A DNA stretch of 64,000 bases from the human T2T-CHM13v2.0 reference genome, Homo sapiens (GCF_009914755.1 NC_060938.1), one strand, 5' to 3'. Numbered from the stretch's first letter, positions 39,981 through 51,435 are shown. The notes: generated from the letters alone by a model not told the origin. Made by a program: numbers and translations.

Positions 39981-40411
39981 TGTTTTCTTTTTCAACATAA
40001 ACGATCCATGAATTATATTTCTGATTTTAATATTATGATTTTCTGAATTTAATCCAGTTGTATATATCTTTTTGTTAACTTAAATATTTCAACTGTAAAC
40101 ATTGATATTTGCAGGTACTAACTCATTCCAATATTTACAGTAAAAATGAAATTAACTTGCTCAATTTCCAAAAGTACCAAAGACACCTGTTTTATATCCT
40201 ATTGAAATCTCTTGCTTCCTGTGTTCAACTAATTAAAATCCCATACTTTCTGATGAGCTTTATAAATGTAAAATATAGCAACTTCTATCTTAAATAATCA
40301 CCTTAGTATTCTTGACAATTTCACTGAATCAAAATAACTGCATTTAGATCTCACTTTTTTTTCTACTACTTTGTTATTGACGCTATTTTCTGGTTAGTCC
40401 ATATCTATTTC

Positions 40412-40929
40412 TATTGTGGTCTTCCTGCTTCTTAGTTCAGCTAAGTCTGAGTTCTTGTCCCATCACCAGGAAAAATGAGGCATGTGGACACTGGAGAGTG
40501 AGTAGGGCAGAGTATAATTTATTAAGCAAAATGAAAGCTTTCAGCAAAGAGGGGGTCCTGAAAGCAGGTTGCCATTTCACAGTTGAATACAAGGGCTTTT
40601 ACAGAAAAGCTGATGGGGCAGGGTTCCTTATTTGCATAAGGTGAAAATTCCTGCAGGCTTCTCCCCATCCTTTCAGTGCGCATGCGTGCTCTTAGCCTGT
40701 GTTACTCCATATTGATTTATTTCCCTTACTGTGAATGTGTCAAAAGATGGAATTTTCCACTGCAGGCATGTTTAGGGAAGCCCCATGTGCAAGTCCCCTC
40801 ATCTGCACAAAACATCTGGTGAAAGCATTTGTGGTATGTGTGGATTAGGCAATGACCTGGGTGGGTTGGAGCTTCTCCAGGGACTCTTCCCTTATTGTCT
40901 GCTTAAAGCCATATGGCTAACTCCTCTAA
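40412..40929 (-). mobile_element. ERV1 solo LTR (MER84/MER50-like, tentative)
   Basis: CACCAGGAAAAATGAGGC...CAGCAAAGAGGGGGTCCTG...GTGCGCATGCG...GGCTAACTCCTCTAA; 4-bp TSD TTTC at 40408-40411 and 40930-40933. Confidence 0.8.
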
Positions 40930-40937
40930 TTTCCATA

Positions 40938-41716
40938 TGTTGCCGGGGGTCCTTGCTCCCAGAGCTCCCAAGATGGTGGTGGGCTACTTCCAAAATGGCG
41001 TGGGTCACTTCCAAGATGGTGGCAAGCCTCGTGTTCTCTGACCTGGGGTTCTTGGCCTCACGGATTCCAAGGAATGGAATCTTGGGCCATGTGGTGAGTG
41101 TTATAGCTCTATTAGAAGTCATGGGTCACAGAAGAGAACCGTGGAACCCAGTGACTAGTGTTCAGCTCGATTAGGACAAACCCAGGCACTTAGCCGTGCA
41201 GGAACAATGGCAAGCCTTTAGCCAGATTGAGAGTGGCAATGGGCACCTCGCTGGATCAGGAGAACAGAGGACACCCTGCTGGATCCGGAGGGATGGGAGT
41301 CAGCGGCGGGTCTGTAATGGCGCCAAACAGCAGTGGTGGATGGGGAGCAAAAGCTCAGCTCCAGCGGTAACAAACATGGACCAGAAGAGTGCAGTTGCAA
41401 GATTTAATAGAGTGAAATACAGTGAAAACAGAGCTCCCATACAAAGGGAGGGGACCCAAAGGGGGTTGCAGTTGCCGGCTCCAATGCCTGGGTTTATATG
41501 CCGATCCTTGTCCCTCCCGCTGTGCTCTCAGGCAATAGATGATTGGCTATTTCTTTACCTCCTGTTTTTGCCTAATTAGTATTTTAGTGAGCTCTCTGAT
41601 TGGTTGGGTGTGAGCTAAGTTGCAAGTCCCGTGTTTAAAGGTGGATGCGTTCACCTTCCCAGCTAGGCTTAGGGATTCTTAGTCGGCCTAGGAAATCCAG
41701 CTAGTCCTGTCTCTCA
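40938..41716 (-). mobile_element. HERV-W solo LTR (LTR17), full length 779 bp
   Basis: Minus strand starts TGAGAGACAGGACTAGCTGGATTTCCTAGGCCGACTAAGAATCCCTAAGCC; TSD CATA (40934-40937) and CGTA (41717-41720). Confidence 0.96.
41403..41603 (-). promoter_or_regulatory. LTR17 U3/R promoter and polyA motifs
   Basis: On minus strand: CCAAT boxes (41599-41603, 41542-41546), TATAAA (41493-41498), ATTAAA polyA signal (41403-41408). Activity is not shown by the sequence. Confidence 0.6.
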
Positions 41717-41726
41717 CGTATACTAC

Positions 41727-42621
41727 TGCTAATGAAAACAGCCAAAGTCTGTAAACTATTTGTAGAAGTTTATGCTGAGCCAAATGTGAGGAACATGACT
41801 CCTGACACAGCCTTAGGAGGTCCTGATAACATATGCCAAAGGTGGTTGGGTTACTGCTTGATTTTATACATTTTAGGGAGACAGAAGTTACAAGTAGAAA
41901 CTAAAGCAATACATGTAAGATTTATGTTGTTTCAGTGCAGAAACATGGCCCATCTCAAATCAGAGGCTTTCAGGTCACAGGCAGATTCAAAGATTTCCTG
42001 ATTGGTAACTGGTTAAAAGAGTTAAGGTATTATCTACATAACTAGAATCAATAGCAAAGCTGTCTGGGTTAACATAAGGGGTTGCAGAGACAAAAGTTCT
42101 TATGGTGTATGTGATGCCTCAGATGGCTGCACTTAGAGACAATAGATGGTAAATGTGTCCTATTCAGATCTTTAAAAGGTGCTAGGCTCTCAGCTAATCT
42201 CTTCAGGATTAGAAACATACCTGGAAAAAGAAGGTGATTCTCTAGAGAATGTAAATTTTCCCTATAAGAGACACATTTGCAGAGACATTTCAAAATATGT
42301 CAAATAAATATTTTTTGGAGTAAATTGCTTTGATTTCTTTCAGGCCTGCTATCTTATCATTTGTTGCTATACTAGAGTCAGATTGGAATTTGGCATCTTA
42401 CTGCTACAAACAGTCTGTTTTGTAAGTCTTAAGATCTCTGTTTTAATGTTATTGCTGGTCAATTGTGCTTGAATTCCAAAGAGTGGAGGGTATAATGAAT
42501 CCTGTCCACTCCCTCTTCTCATAATGGCAACTATTTTTCAGGTTTGTTTGGAATGCCGTTGGCTGAAAGGAGGGGTTCATTTAGTCCGTTGGCGGGCTTA
42601 GAATTTTATTTTTGGTTTACA
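41727..42621 (-). mobile_element. MER4 (D/E-like) ERV1 solo LTR
   Basis: TTTATGCTGAGCCAAATGTGAG...ACACAGCCTTAGGAGGTCCTG...GGGCTTAGAATTTTATTTTTGGTTTACA. Confidence 0.9.
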
Positions 42622-42865
42622 TTGCTGTAATATTGCAGAGAGTTGGACCAACAGCTAAGTTAGGAGGCAAAAATTCCCAAGTCTGACATTCCTTTTAACA
42701 CTAATTGCAATACTAATGGGGAAGGGAAGGCCCCCAAACAGGTCTAATTTAAAATCGTTTACTAGAAAGACTTATAGACTCCCTGAAAGCTGTTACACTT
42801 ATGGTTACAGTTTATTATAGAAAGTATACAGGTTAAGATCAGGCAACCCCAAAGCATACAACCAT

Positions 42866-43052
42866 TATGTGTGTGTGTGTTTGTATACACAACTATATGT
42901 GTATATGTGTGTGTGTATATATATCATATATATTTATATACATATCATATGTTATATATATCATATATTACGTATCACATATTATATATACACATATGTA
43001 TGTGTATATATACACATGTTTATATATATATGTGTATATATACACACATATA
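42866..43052. repeat. Compound (TG/TA/CA)n low-complexity tract
   Basis: Directly visible; source of ORFs 42867-43174. Confidence 0.95.
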
Positions 43053-43178
43053 TTTTAAATCAGGCAAAGGAAAAGACACATAGGACAGAGTTCAGAAAAC
43101 TACCAAACACAGAGCTACTTCTTTCTTCTTTCAATGGATTTGGTATGTGTGGATTTCTCTGCATTGATATGTGACAAC

Positions 43179-43752
43179 TGTGAAAATAAGCAATTCATAA
43201 TCTATGCTGTTAAAGGAATATGATTATGGAATGTGATTAGGAGTCACATAACAAGCAGCTGTAACCTTGGCAGCTGTAACCTTTGTTTTTCTGATTATAG
43301 ATTAGTTTACTTTTTACTTGCATTGTTTTATAAAATGCTGTAAATTACTGAAGGGAAACAGGGAAGACCCCTTCCATCTTCACCATTGATTTTCATTATA
43401 GATTAACTTTCCTCTTACCCTTCTCACACAAAGACTTCATGGCTCTCACATTGTCTTAAGATCAAATGCTAAATATATTCTTTTAAGTTGAAAAGAAAAT
43501 GAACAAGCCATGCAGAAGAGAAAACAAACTGTAACTAATTGTTGTAACTCATAACCCAGTTTTGTATAAAAAAAGTTTTAATCTTGTTAAATTTCTTTCT
43601 TTTCTGCCTATATAAACTGGAACTTAACTTTTAATTTCAAAATACTGATCTCATTTTCTGAAGTTGGTGTCTTCCAAATGGTTATTTCCAGCTTTTTACT
43701 TCAATAAACTCTTTAAAACTAGATCGATCCTTTCCATTATTTCAGGTTGACA
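43179..43752 (+). mobile_element. ERV1 solo LTR (MER72/MER65-like, tentative) nested in MER21
   Basis: TGTGAAAATAAG...CTATATAA...AATAAACTC...TTCAGGTTGACA; perfect 4-bp TSD CAAC at 43175-43178 and 43753-43756. Confidence 0.88.
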
Positions 43753-44415
43753 CAACATGCAGAACATGCAGAATTTAGCCAACCAGAAAAGTATGCTGAA
43801 GTCTTAGTGTTCAGAGATTTCTTTGGGGCTCCAATCAATTATATAAGCATAATTGATTGACTGATGTTTCGTGTAATAAATCTCAACTTCTAGACTACTT
43901 GATGTATGACTCAAAACCCCATCTCTAAGTCACATTTTTGGTCTTTCTGTAGTGAGCAGGCTAAGCATCACTTAGTGCATGCTGTAGTGAGTCACTCTGT
44001 AGTGAGCATGCTTCACTAAGAATATATGGGTGTGGCCTGCACTTTCCTAAATCACTTTGTTAAGACTACATATTATGGCCCATGGCTCCCAGTCAAACAA
44101 AGATATATCTATCAGGCATGACATTCCAAGGACCCAGAGATTATTTCTCAGATGCCAAGGAAAATGCTAGAACTTTCTTCAGGCAAGGCCAAATATTTTA
44201 CTGCACAGACAGCACAGACATTTGCAGAATGCCTACTATCATTTTTCTGCCACAAGTAACTATAATATGACAGATAATAAATTCCCCCCAAACTAGTAAA
44301 CATAGAGTAACATAAAATATTAAGAAATCTTTTCTATTTTCTTTCCATAAAAAAAATGGATAAACTCTAATCCCATTAGTCTATTTCAAATTCATGGACA
44401 AAGAACCTTTCAAAT

Positions 44416-44525
44416 AAGTTTAATGTAATCCCATATAATTCTTTAGAATTGTTTTTTCCTGTTTTTACAGAAGTTTAATGTAATCCCATGTAATTCTTTA
44501 GAATTGTTTTTTCCTGTTTTTACAG
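44416..44525. repeat. 55-bp tandem duplication (1 mismatch)
   Basis: AAGTTTAATGTAATCCCAT(A/G)TAATTCTTTAGAATTGTTTTTTCCTGTTTTTACAG x2. Confidence 0.97.
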
Positions 44526-44768
44526 AATAGGTAAATATGGCCATAGTTGATAAATGCTTTGTTTTTTACATTATAGAACCTTTTCTCTTCCACAAATGAA
44601 AAAAAAAATTCAAGTAATGTAAATATAATATTTGGAGATACAGCAACAACTACCAGAAGTGACATCTAAAATAATTAAATATGAGGAGTTAGCTGTGGGG
44701 AGTAAGGCTAGAGAGTGGGGAAGAATGAGGGAAGAGTTAGATAGGGACTATTGTTCTTTTTTATGTCT

Positions 44769-45175
44769 TGTTAAAAGAAAATCTTTAAACAAATTAAATT
44801 GGACAGGGTGTAATTGAAACAAGGATGATTCACAAATCAAGCAGCCCTCAGAACCAGAAAGGTTCAGAGAGCTCCCTTCCACCACACGGGCAGGCAGCAT
44901 TTATAGACAGAAAATGAAAAGTAAGATGCAGAAACTACTTGTTAGGTTACAGATTGAAGTTTGCCTTATTTGAACATGCTCAGATTATTTGACAGCCTGT
45001 AAATGGTGGAAGCTCAGCTGCTGTGATTGGCTGAGACTCAGCTGGTTGTTAAACACGTTTGCTCCTAAGTTAGGCTTTTGGTTTCTTTACGTATTCAGTT
45101 AGGTTGCAGTTTTTTTTTTTTTTTTGGTGGGGACTTAAGGTACAGAGGCATCCTCAGTCAAAATTGAGTTTAATA
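44769..45175 (-). mobile_element. MER57-family-like ERV1 solo LTR
   Basis: TGTTAAAAGAAAATCTTTAAACAAATTAAAT...GCTGTGATTGGCTGAGACTCAGCT...AGTTTAATA; near-TSD GTCT/GTCA. Confidence 0.8.
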
Positions 45176-46207
45176 GTCATTTGATATAATATATTTTTTT
45201 GCCATTAGCATTATTTTGATTTAACAGTCTGACGTCCTAAGTTGCAAATATTACCTTTGTAGTTCATAAAGCAGGTTTTGTATATAACGGTAAGAGAGTC
45301 CCATATGTATAAAGGTTCAAAACAGTTAAAAAATCAGTGGGCTTTTAAAAAAATGTTTTCTCAAATACTTTATGCACACCTACTTACTTATTATACAAAT
45401 CTATTAGAACAAGTGTATTCAGCTCAAATAATGTCTAAACTTTTATATATAGTAGTTAAAGAAGATAACTATTTTCAGTTATAGTTTAGTATAGCTAATT
45501 ATAGTAATTAGGTTATACTACTTTATTTGGATAATGAATTCAAATATATTATAAATGATACATAAATACTGAATTAAAATGCTCTGTCAAAATTTATTAA
45601 AACTCAACTCGATGGTACCATGGTATTTGAAAGCTTCTGCCAAAGAGTCTATGATGACAGCCAAGTTAAATGAAAATCACGTTTGACCTTTTGTTGCAAA
45701 CATAAAAGCATTTTCTCTTTGAAAATGTAATAGCATTTAAATACGTTAGTATTGACATACGTTTGGTTTATTTTCCATTTATTTTCTAGGACTGACTGAT
45801 AGTATTTTCCTTTGGAAGATCCTTTTATATTCTGTCTCTATGAAAGAAGTGTTTTCAATGAAATAAGGTAATATATAAATTTTTTACATTTTTTCGTACA
45901 GTAACTATAGATTTCTTTAGATTCTTACATTATATATTTTTCCCAGATTGTATTCATTTAATGCTCGTAAAAATCACATAGAATCAAATGGTTATTTGTG
46001 AATATAATAATTGTTCTAAATTGTAGTTAGTAATTGAGCTTCTATTGGTTATAAGTCATTATGTAAGATACCACAAAAACTCAACTACAAAGTATATGGC
46101 ATCTCCAGTGTCACAGAGGAGATTTCAGTTGAGTAAGGATGATGAAAGTAATAGTAATGACTACAAGAGAATATATCATAGGAGAAATACTAACAGTGAT
46201 ATCGGAA

Positions 46208-46899
46208 TGAAAACAACATTGCAAAATTCTAACTGTGTCAGTGAAAGAGATATGATGTAACCAACTCCATCTTGCTTCTAACCTCCAAGCTGTCCTCGTT
46301 CATTCCTGGGTGTAAGCTAAAATAACTTTAGGAGTGACTTCTTTTATAGTTTAAAACAAAGATAACAACAGCCCTCTCCCAAAACAAACCTAGCCATTTG
46401 CCTGGAGACTAGACTGCCTTTGTAGGACTAACAAATTATCCACAAGATTAGAAATTAGGGTTTAGGAATCATGCAGCTGGAGGCTCCAAGATTCCGACCC
46501 TCCCTAAACTGCTCCAAAGATCACTGCTTGAGATACTTTGTAGACCCCGCACTTGGTGGATCAGCTGGCACCAGCCAGAAAGATTAACTGGCTCATCTTA
46601 TCTTATGGCTTCCACTCAGGAACTGACTCCGCACAGGAGGACAACTTCAATTTCCTATGATTTCATCTCCTACCTAACAAATCAGGACTCCTGGCTCATT
46701 GGCTTCCCCCCACCCACCAAGTTGTCCTTGAAAACGCTGATCCCGAATCCTTGGGGAGACTGATTTGAGTAATAATAAAACTCTGGTCTCCTGCACAGCC
46801 AGATTTATGTGAATTACTCTTTCTCTATTGCAATTTCTTTATCTTGATAAATTGACTCTGTCTAGACAGCAGGCAAAATGAATCCATTGGGCGATTACA
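46208..46899 (+). mobile_element. LTR8 solo LTR (ERV1)
   Basis: TGAAA...TTGCAAAATT...CTCCATCTTGCTTCTAACCTCCAAGCTGTCC...GGGCGATTACA; perfect TSD GGAA at 46204-46207 and 46900-46903. Confidence 0.94.
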
Positions 46900-47099
46900 G
46901 GAAGACAGAAGGAAATTGTATTATCTATAGCAAGAGAATTAAGACATGTCTTTTCAAAGCTGACTGCAACATTTTGGTTTCTTAAAAACTGAGAATTGTG
47001 GTAGAAAATTTTATTTCTGCCAAATTTAAAGTTTAGTGGTGGGTTGTTAAGTACTGGGGTAGGTAGAGATGTTATCTTACAGTATTAAAGTCTCAGCAG

Positions 47100-48560
47100 A
47101 ATAAGAATTGTGTCCACACAGGGGTTTTGTTTACAGAGAGATTGCAAGGCCAGTGAAATTTCTGAGAAGAGTGGTGGCCTTTCTAGAGGCTGGAGGAGGA
47201 GAAAATGTCTTCTCCCTGGTCGTTCAGCCTAGTGTTGGATACGGGAGTCAGACTGGGGTGAGAAGAGCATTTATGTAGTGGAGGAGGGTCAAAGTGAAGC
47301 TAAGAAATTTGTTACGTATGAAAAATTGGCTAAATGAGTAAATAAGTTGATGTGAACTAAATGTCTCATTATCAGAGCCTGTATTTACAACTACAGAAAC
47401 TGGAAGAATAAAATGTACCCTTTGGGATTGAATTAGAATTGGGAATATTAGTATGAACTTGTGGTTTTCAAGTTATGGTCCAATGAACAGATAGATAGAG
47501 AAATAGGTATAGACCTAAAGATGTGCACTTCTATTTATTCATACAGTACATAAAAATTTTCTAGCTTTGTGCACTAAAACAGTCTAGGAGCAGTAACATC
47601 CCAAGAGTAGTAAGCACACTACCACATATAGCACATGTATCTTCTCTTCTAAATATATTTTTCCATAAACAAACCAGGGCATCTTGGACAAAATGTCTGG
47701 TTGGAGGACTGAAGCAGTAAAAATACAAGATGAGTCTGAGGCATCTTGTTTCTCCAGGACAGAAGAAAGTTCCCAGGAAAGTTTTCCATGTCAGAAAGAC
47801 ATAGAAACCAGCTGTCATTATCCAAATCTTGGACAATTTAACCTGAAAATGAGGAAATTTTATAAAATATAAAATCATAAATTAATTAAAAATTGATATA
47901 TTTAAAAATAATAAAGGATGCAATATTATATAATTTCACAGTGTTTTTCCATAAAGTAAGAAATTACAAATGAGAAATAAGAATAACTCTCTAAAGAAAA
48001 AGCATGTCAGAATCCATCTTAATGAAGTAATCATAATGAACTTCATCAGTACTGGGACAGTTTGAAACTTAACATCTGTTAGGATGCAATAGGAAGGCAG
48101 CATAACTGCTGTGATATTCCTGCCAAATAAACACACTGTGAATCAAATTAGAAAAAGCATCAAACACGTTTAAATGGATTAGCACTCTACAAAATAAACG
48201 GCCTGTAATCTTAAAAAGGTCATGAAAGTCAAGAAAAGAATGGGGAATGTTCCAGGTTGACGGGAACTAAAAGACATGATAACTAAATGCAATATGGAAT
48301 TATGAATTTAATTATTTTAGACTTCTGAAAATTTGTGATATTTGTAAGAGGTCTGTGGATTACATATAATAATGTCTCATTCCTACCTTAATTTTAAATG
48401 ACTGTGATAAGGGTAAGAATGTGAATGTCTTATATAGAGAAAATAAAAAGTAATATATTCGGAAGGTGACAGAACATCAGGGCAGCAACGAAATTGAAAA
48501 TGTTTTATTCTCATGACCACAGTATAAATTTGAGCTTGCTTCAACATTTAATAAATAAAT
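47100..48560 (+). mobile_element. L1MC/L1MD 3' UTR
   Basis: AACCAGGGCATCTTGGA...AAATACAAGATGAGTCTG; ACTGCTGTGATATTCCTGCCAAA; AAGACATGATAACTAAATGCAAT. Confidence 0.75.
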
Positions 48561-48749
48561 AGAAATTTAATACATAAAACATAATGTCCCAAGTCTTGGA
48601 GGTGAGAAAAATATGTATCTTAGCAATTTTATTAAAATTCCTAATACAATATACTAGAAATGTAAAATCAATCTCACGTTGAAGAGTAAAAAAACATAGC
48701 CAACCATGCTCAATATTTATTCTGGTCTTGTTGCTGAAACAGGTCTGAA

Positions 48750-49370
48750 CTGGTTCTCAAGTATAGTCAATTCTATCTATCCAGAATACCTTACTTCCAC
48801 TTTTCAATTTCCAATATCATCACTCTTATTCAGGATCTTATTAGTGCACTTTATATAGTAGTATTATAGCTAACGATATTTTAAATATCTCTCTTTATTT
48901 AATCTTTTTGTTATAAAATTTATAATTTTATGAAATAAATCTAGCAATAGCTTGGCTCTTTTCATACTACCAGAAAAAAATATAAAATTTTCCACAATTG
49001 CTTTATATCATCATAGTCTGGAACCTCACTATCTAGACTAGTTTTTACTTCCTACTTACAAGAAAATTATTTCTACTTGAATTATTTGCTGATTACCAAA
49101 TGTGGATCTATTTTATTTCATTACATATTTTTTTCTGTCAAAATCTACTTAATTTTCATAACTAGTTCATCTTTAATATTCTTCACTAAAATATTTTTCA
49201 AGTCAGGTGAATATGGTTTCTTATTTCTCCAAACTCATCAACCAAATCACTTCTCTGATACTTAAATAAATAAGCCTTGCATATTAGATGTATGTATACA
49301 GGTATTTTCTTCTTGTTATATCTATATTCCTCATGAAGAAGGATTCTAGTTTATCCTCTTCAGTATTTAG
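48750..49370 (+). mobile_element. Highly degenerate L2 fragments
   Basis: Weak similarity (CAATTCTATCT...CACTCTTATTCAGG; TCCTCATGAAGAAGGATTCTAGTTTATCCTCTTC). Confidence 0.4.
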
Positions 49371-49399
49371 CAAAAACAACAACATCAAAACGTGCTCAT

Positions 49400-50030
49400 A
49401 ATCTGAGCCCACCACTCCTGGCATCCAACCCACTCCAGCAGCTGAGCCCCTACCTGCACTGATGAAACACCCCAGAGACTGAGGATCATTCCACTTGCAT
49501 TTTTTTCTTCAACAAATCCATGCCACAGCTTTCACAAGCAACCACAGCATAGGCCGCTGAAGTACTTGCAGATAGTACTGACATTGACAATAGCTAAAGA
49601 AATCATATGTAGAGTACACTCTGGTACCCACCCGCAACCAAAGCCAAAGTAACCTACCCAACTGACACTATTGGACATATCTACAGAAAAATGTATTTCC
49701 CTATGAAAGCTAAGTTATTCTATAAAATTAAAAGAAGCACCTGTTCCATCAGGTGTACAGCTATCAATTTAGAAACAAAAGAAACATAAAAAGGCATGGA
49801 AATGTGATGCCTCCAAAGGAATACAATAATTATCTAGTAACAGACCCGAAGATAAGAAAATCTATAAAATACCTGAAAAGGAATCCAAAATAATGTTTTA
49901 AGTAAGCTCAGTGAGATACAAGAGAACACAGATAAAAAAACAATATCTGTAAAACAGTATATGATGTGAATGAAAAATCCAACACAGGTTGATATTATAA
50001 AAAAGAACCAAACAAAAATCTGGGAATTAA
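49400..50030 (+). mobile_element. L1M1/L1MA 5' UTR end and ORF1 N-terminal fragment
   Basis: GGAAATGTGATGCCTCCAAAGGAATACAATAAT...CCTGAAAAGGAATCCAAAATAATG...CTCAGTGAGATACAAGAGAACACAGA. Confidence 0.82.
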
Positions 50031-50037
50031 TATTCCC

Positions 50038-50583
50038 CTTCTTATAACTCCACTAGGCAGTGCCCCACTGGGGACTCTATATGGGGGCTCCAAGCTTTTA
50101 TGCTCTGCTTCCTGTTTAAATATAAATTCCAACTTTACATTATTTCTTTGCTTCCATATCGGAGTGTAGGTTGTTAGAAGCAACCAGAACACATGTTGAT
50201 GTGTTTGATGCTTAGAAATTTTTTCTGCCAGACACTCTGTATTATCACTCTGAGATTCAAACTTCCACAGATCCCTAGGTCATGAACATAATGCAGCCAA
50301 GTTCTTTGCTAAGGCATAACCCATGTGGCCTTTGTTCCAGTTCCATATAAGTTCCTCATTTCCATCTGAGACCTTTTCAGACTGGACTTCACTGTCTGTA
50401 TCACTATTGCCATTTTGGTCCCATCAATTTAACCATTCTTTAAGATCTAAACTTTCCCTTATCTTCCTGTCTTCTTCGGAGCCCTCCAAATTCTTTCAAA
50501 ATCTGCCTATTATCCACTTCCAAAGCTGCTTCCACATTTTCAGGTGTCCTTATGGTAAGACCCTGTTCCGGTTAATAATTTTC
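50038..50583 (-). mobile_element. MST internal remnant (5' part, internally deleted)
   Basis: CTCCACTAGGCAGTGCCCC...GGGGGCTCCAA joined to GCTTTTATGCTCTGCTTCC...TTCCAAAGCTGCTTCCACATTTTCAGG. Confidence 0.88.
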
Positions 50584-50989
50584 TATATTAGGCTGTTCTA
50601 ATATCGCATCAAAGTAATACCTGAGGCCGGATAATGTATAAAAAAAGAGGTTTAATTGGCTCACAGTTCTGCAGGCAGTATAAGCCTGGCACCAGCATCA
50701 GCTCAGCTTCTGGGAAGGCCTCAGGGTGCTTTTACTCATGGCAGAAGATGTAAAAGGAGCAGACATGTCACATGGTAAAAGCAGGAACAAGAGCTAGTGT
50801 GGCATGGTGCCACACACTTAAACAACCAGATCTTATAAGACTCACTCACTATTGTGAGGAAAGCACCAAGCTCCATGAGGATTCTGTCCCCATGACTCAA
50901 ACACCTCCCATTAAGACACCCCACCTCCAACATTGGGGACTACATTTCAACATGAGATTTGGATGATGCCAGATATCCAAACTATATCA
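50584..50989 (-). mobile_element. MSTA/MSTB 5' LTR
   Basis: GAGGTTTAATTGGCTCACAGTTCTGCAGG...CACCAGCATC...ATCCAAACTATATCA. Confidence 0.92.
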
Positions 50990-51435
50990 ATAATGTTTTT
51001 CTCTTCATTACAAATTGAACTAAATTTTAATGAGTCAATAATTAGATCTAATCCAGACATTTTTTGTGGAAGTAATTGACATCTATTGAAAACTGTCCTT
51101 AAAATTAAAGTTTTATACCTGCCTTAAAAACGTGGCTTGAACATGGGTTATACTTCTCATTTTATGATTAGCTGTGACATTTATCAACTTAATATGATAT
51201 TAAAAATTGTGATACAATACAAATGAGAACATATTTTAACTCTTGAAAACATCAATTATTTTTACAATAAAAACTGATGCTATTATTAACTTTTACACAG
51301 AATTTAAAATTAATTGCTGAACACTACAAATTAGCTTCAAAACACTATTTATTTTTGTAAAAGATGCTTCAAAATAGTATTGAATTAATAAATGTACAAT
51401 ATAAGGAATGTGAAAAATTATTGTAGCATATATAA

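Larger units (their letters stand above)
42626..44207 (-). mobile_element. MER21-family LTR, split by two insertions
   Basis: CTGAAAGCTGTTACACTTATGGTTACAGTTTATTATAG; GCCAACCAGAAAAG...AGTGTTCAGAG; ATCAGGCATGACATTCCAAGG...TTTACTGCACA. Confidence 0.8.

Noticed and set aside
40785-41579. ORFs of 129 and 127 aa
   Set aside because: Lie within LTRs (mostly antisense LTR17), where higher GC lowers stop density; no gag, pol or env similarity
42867-43174. Overlapping Tyr/Ile/Cys-rich ORFs
   Set aside because: Translation of TA/TG/CA microsatellite
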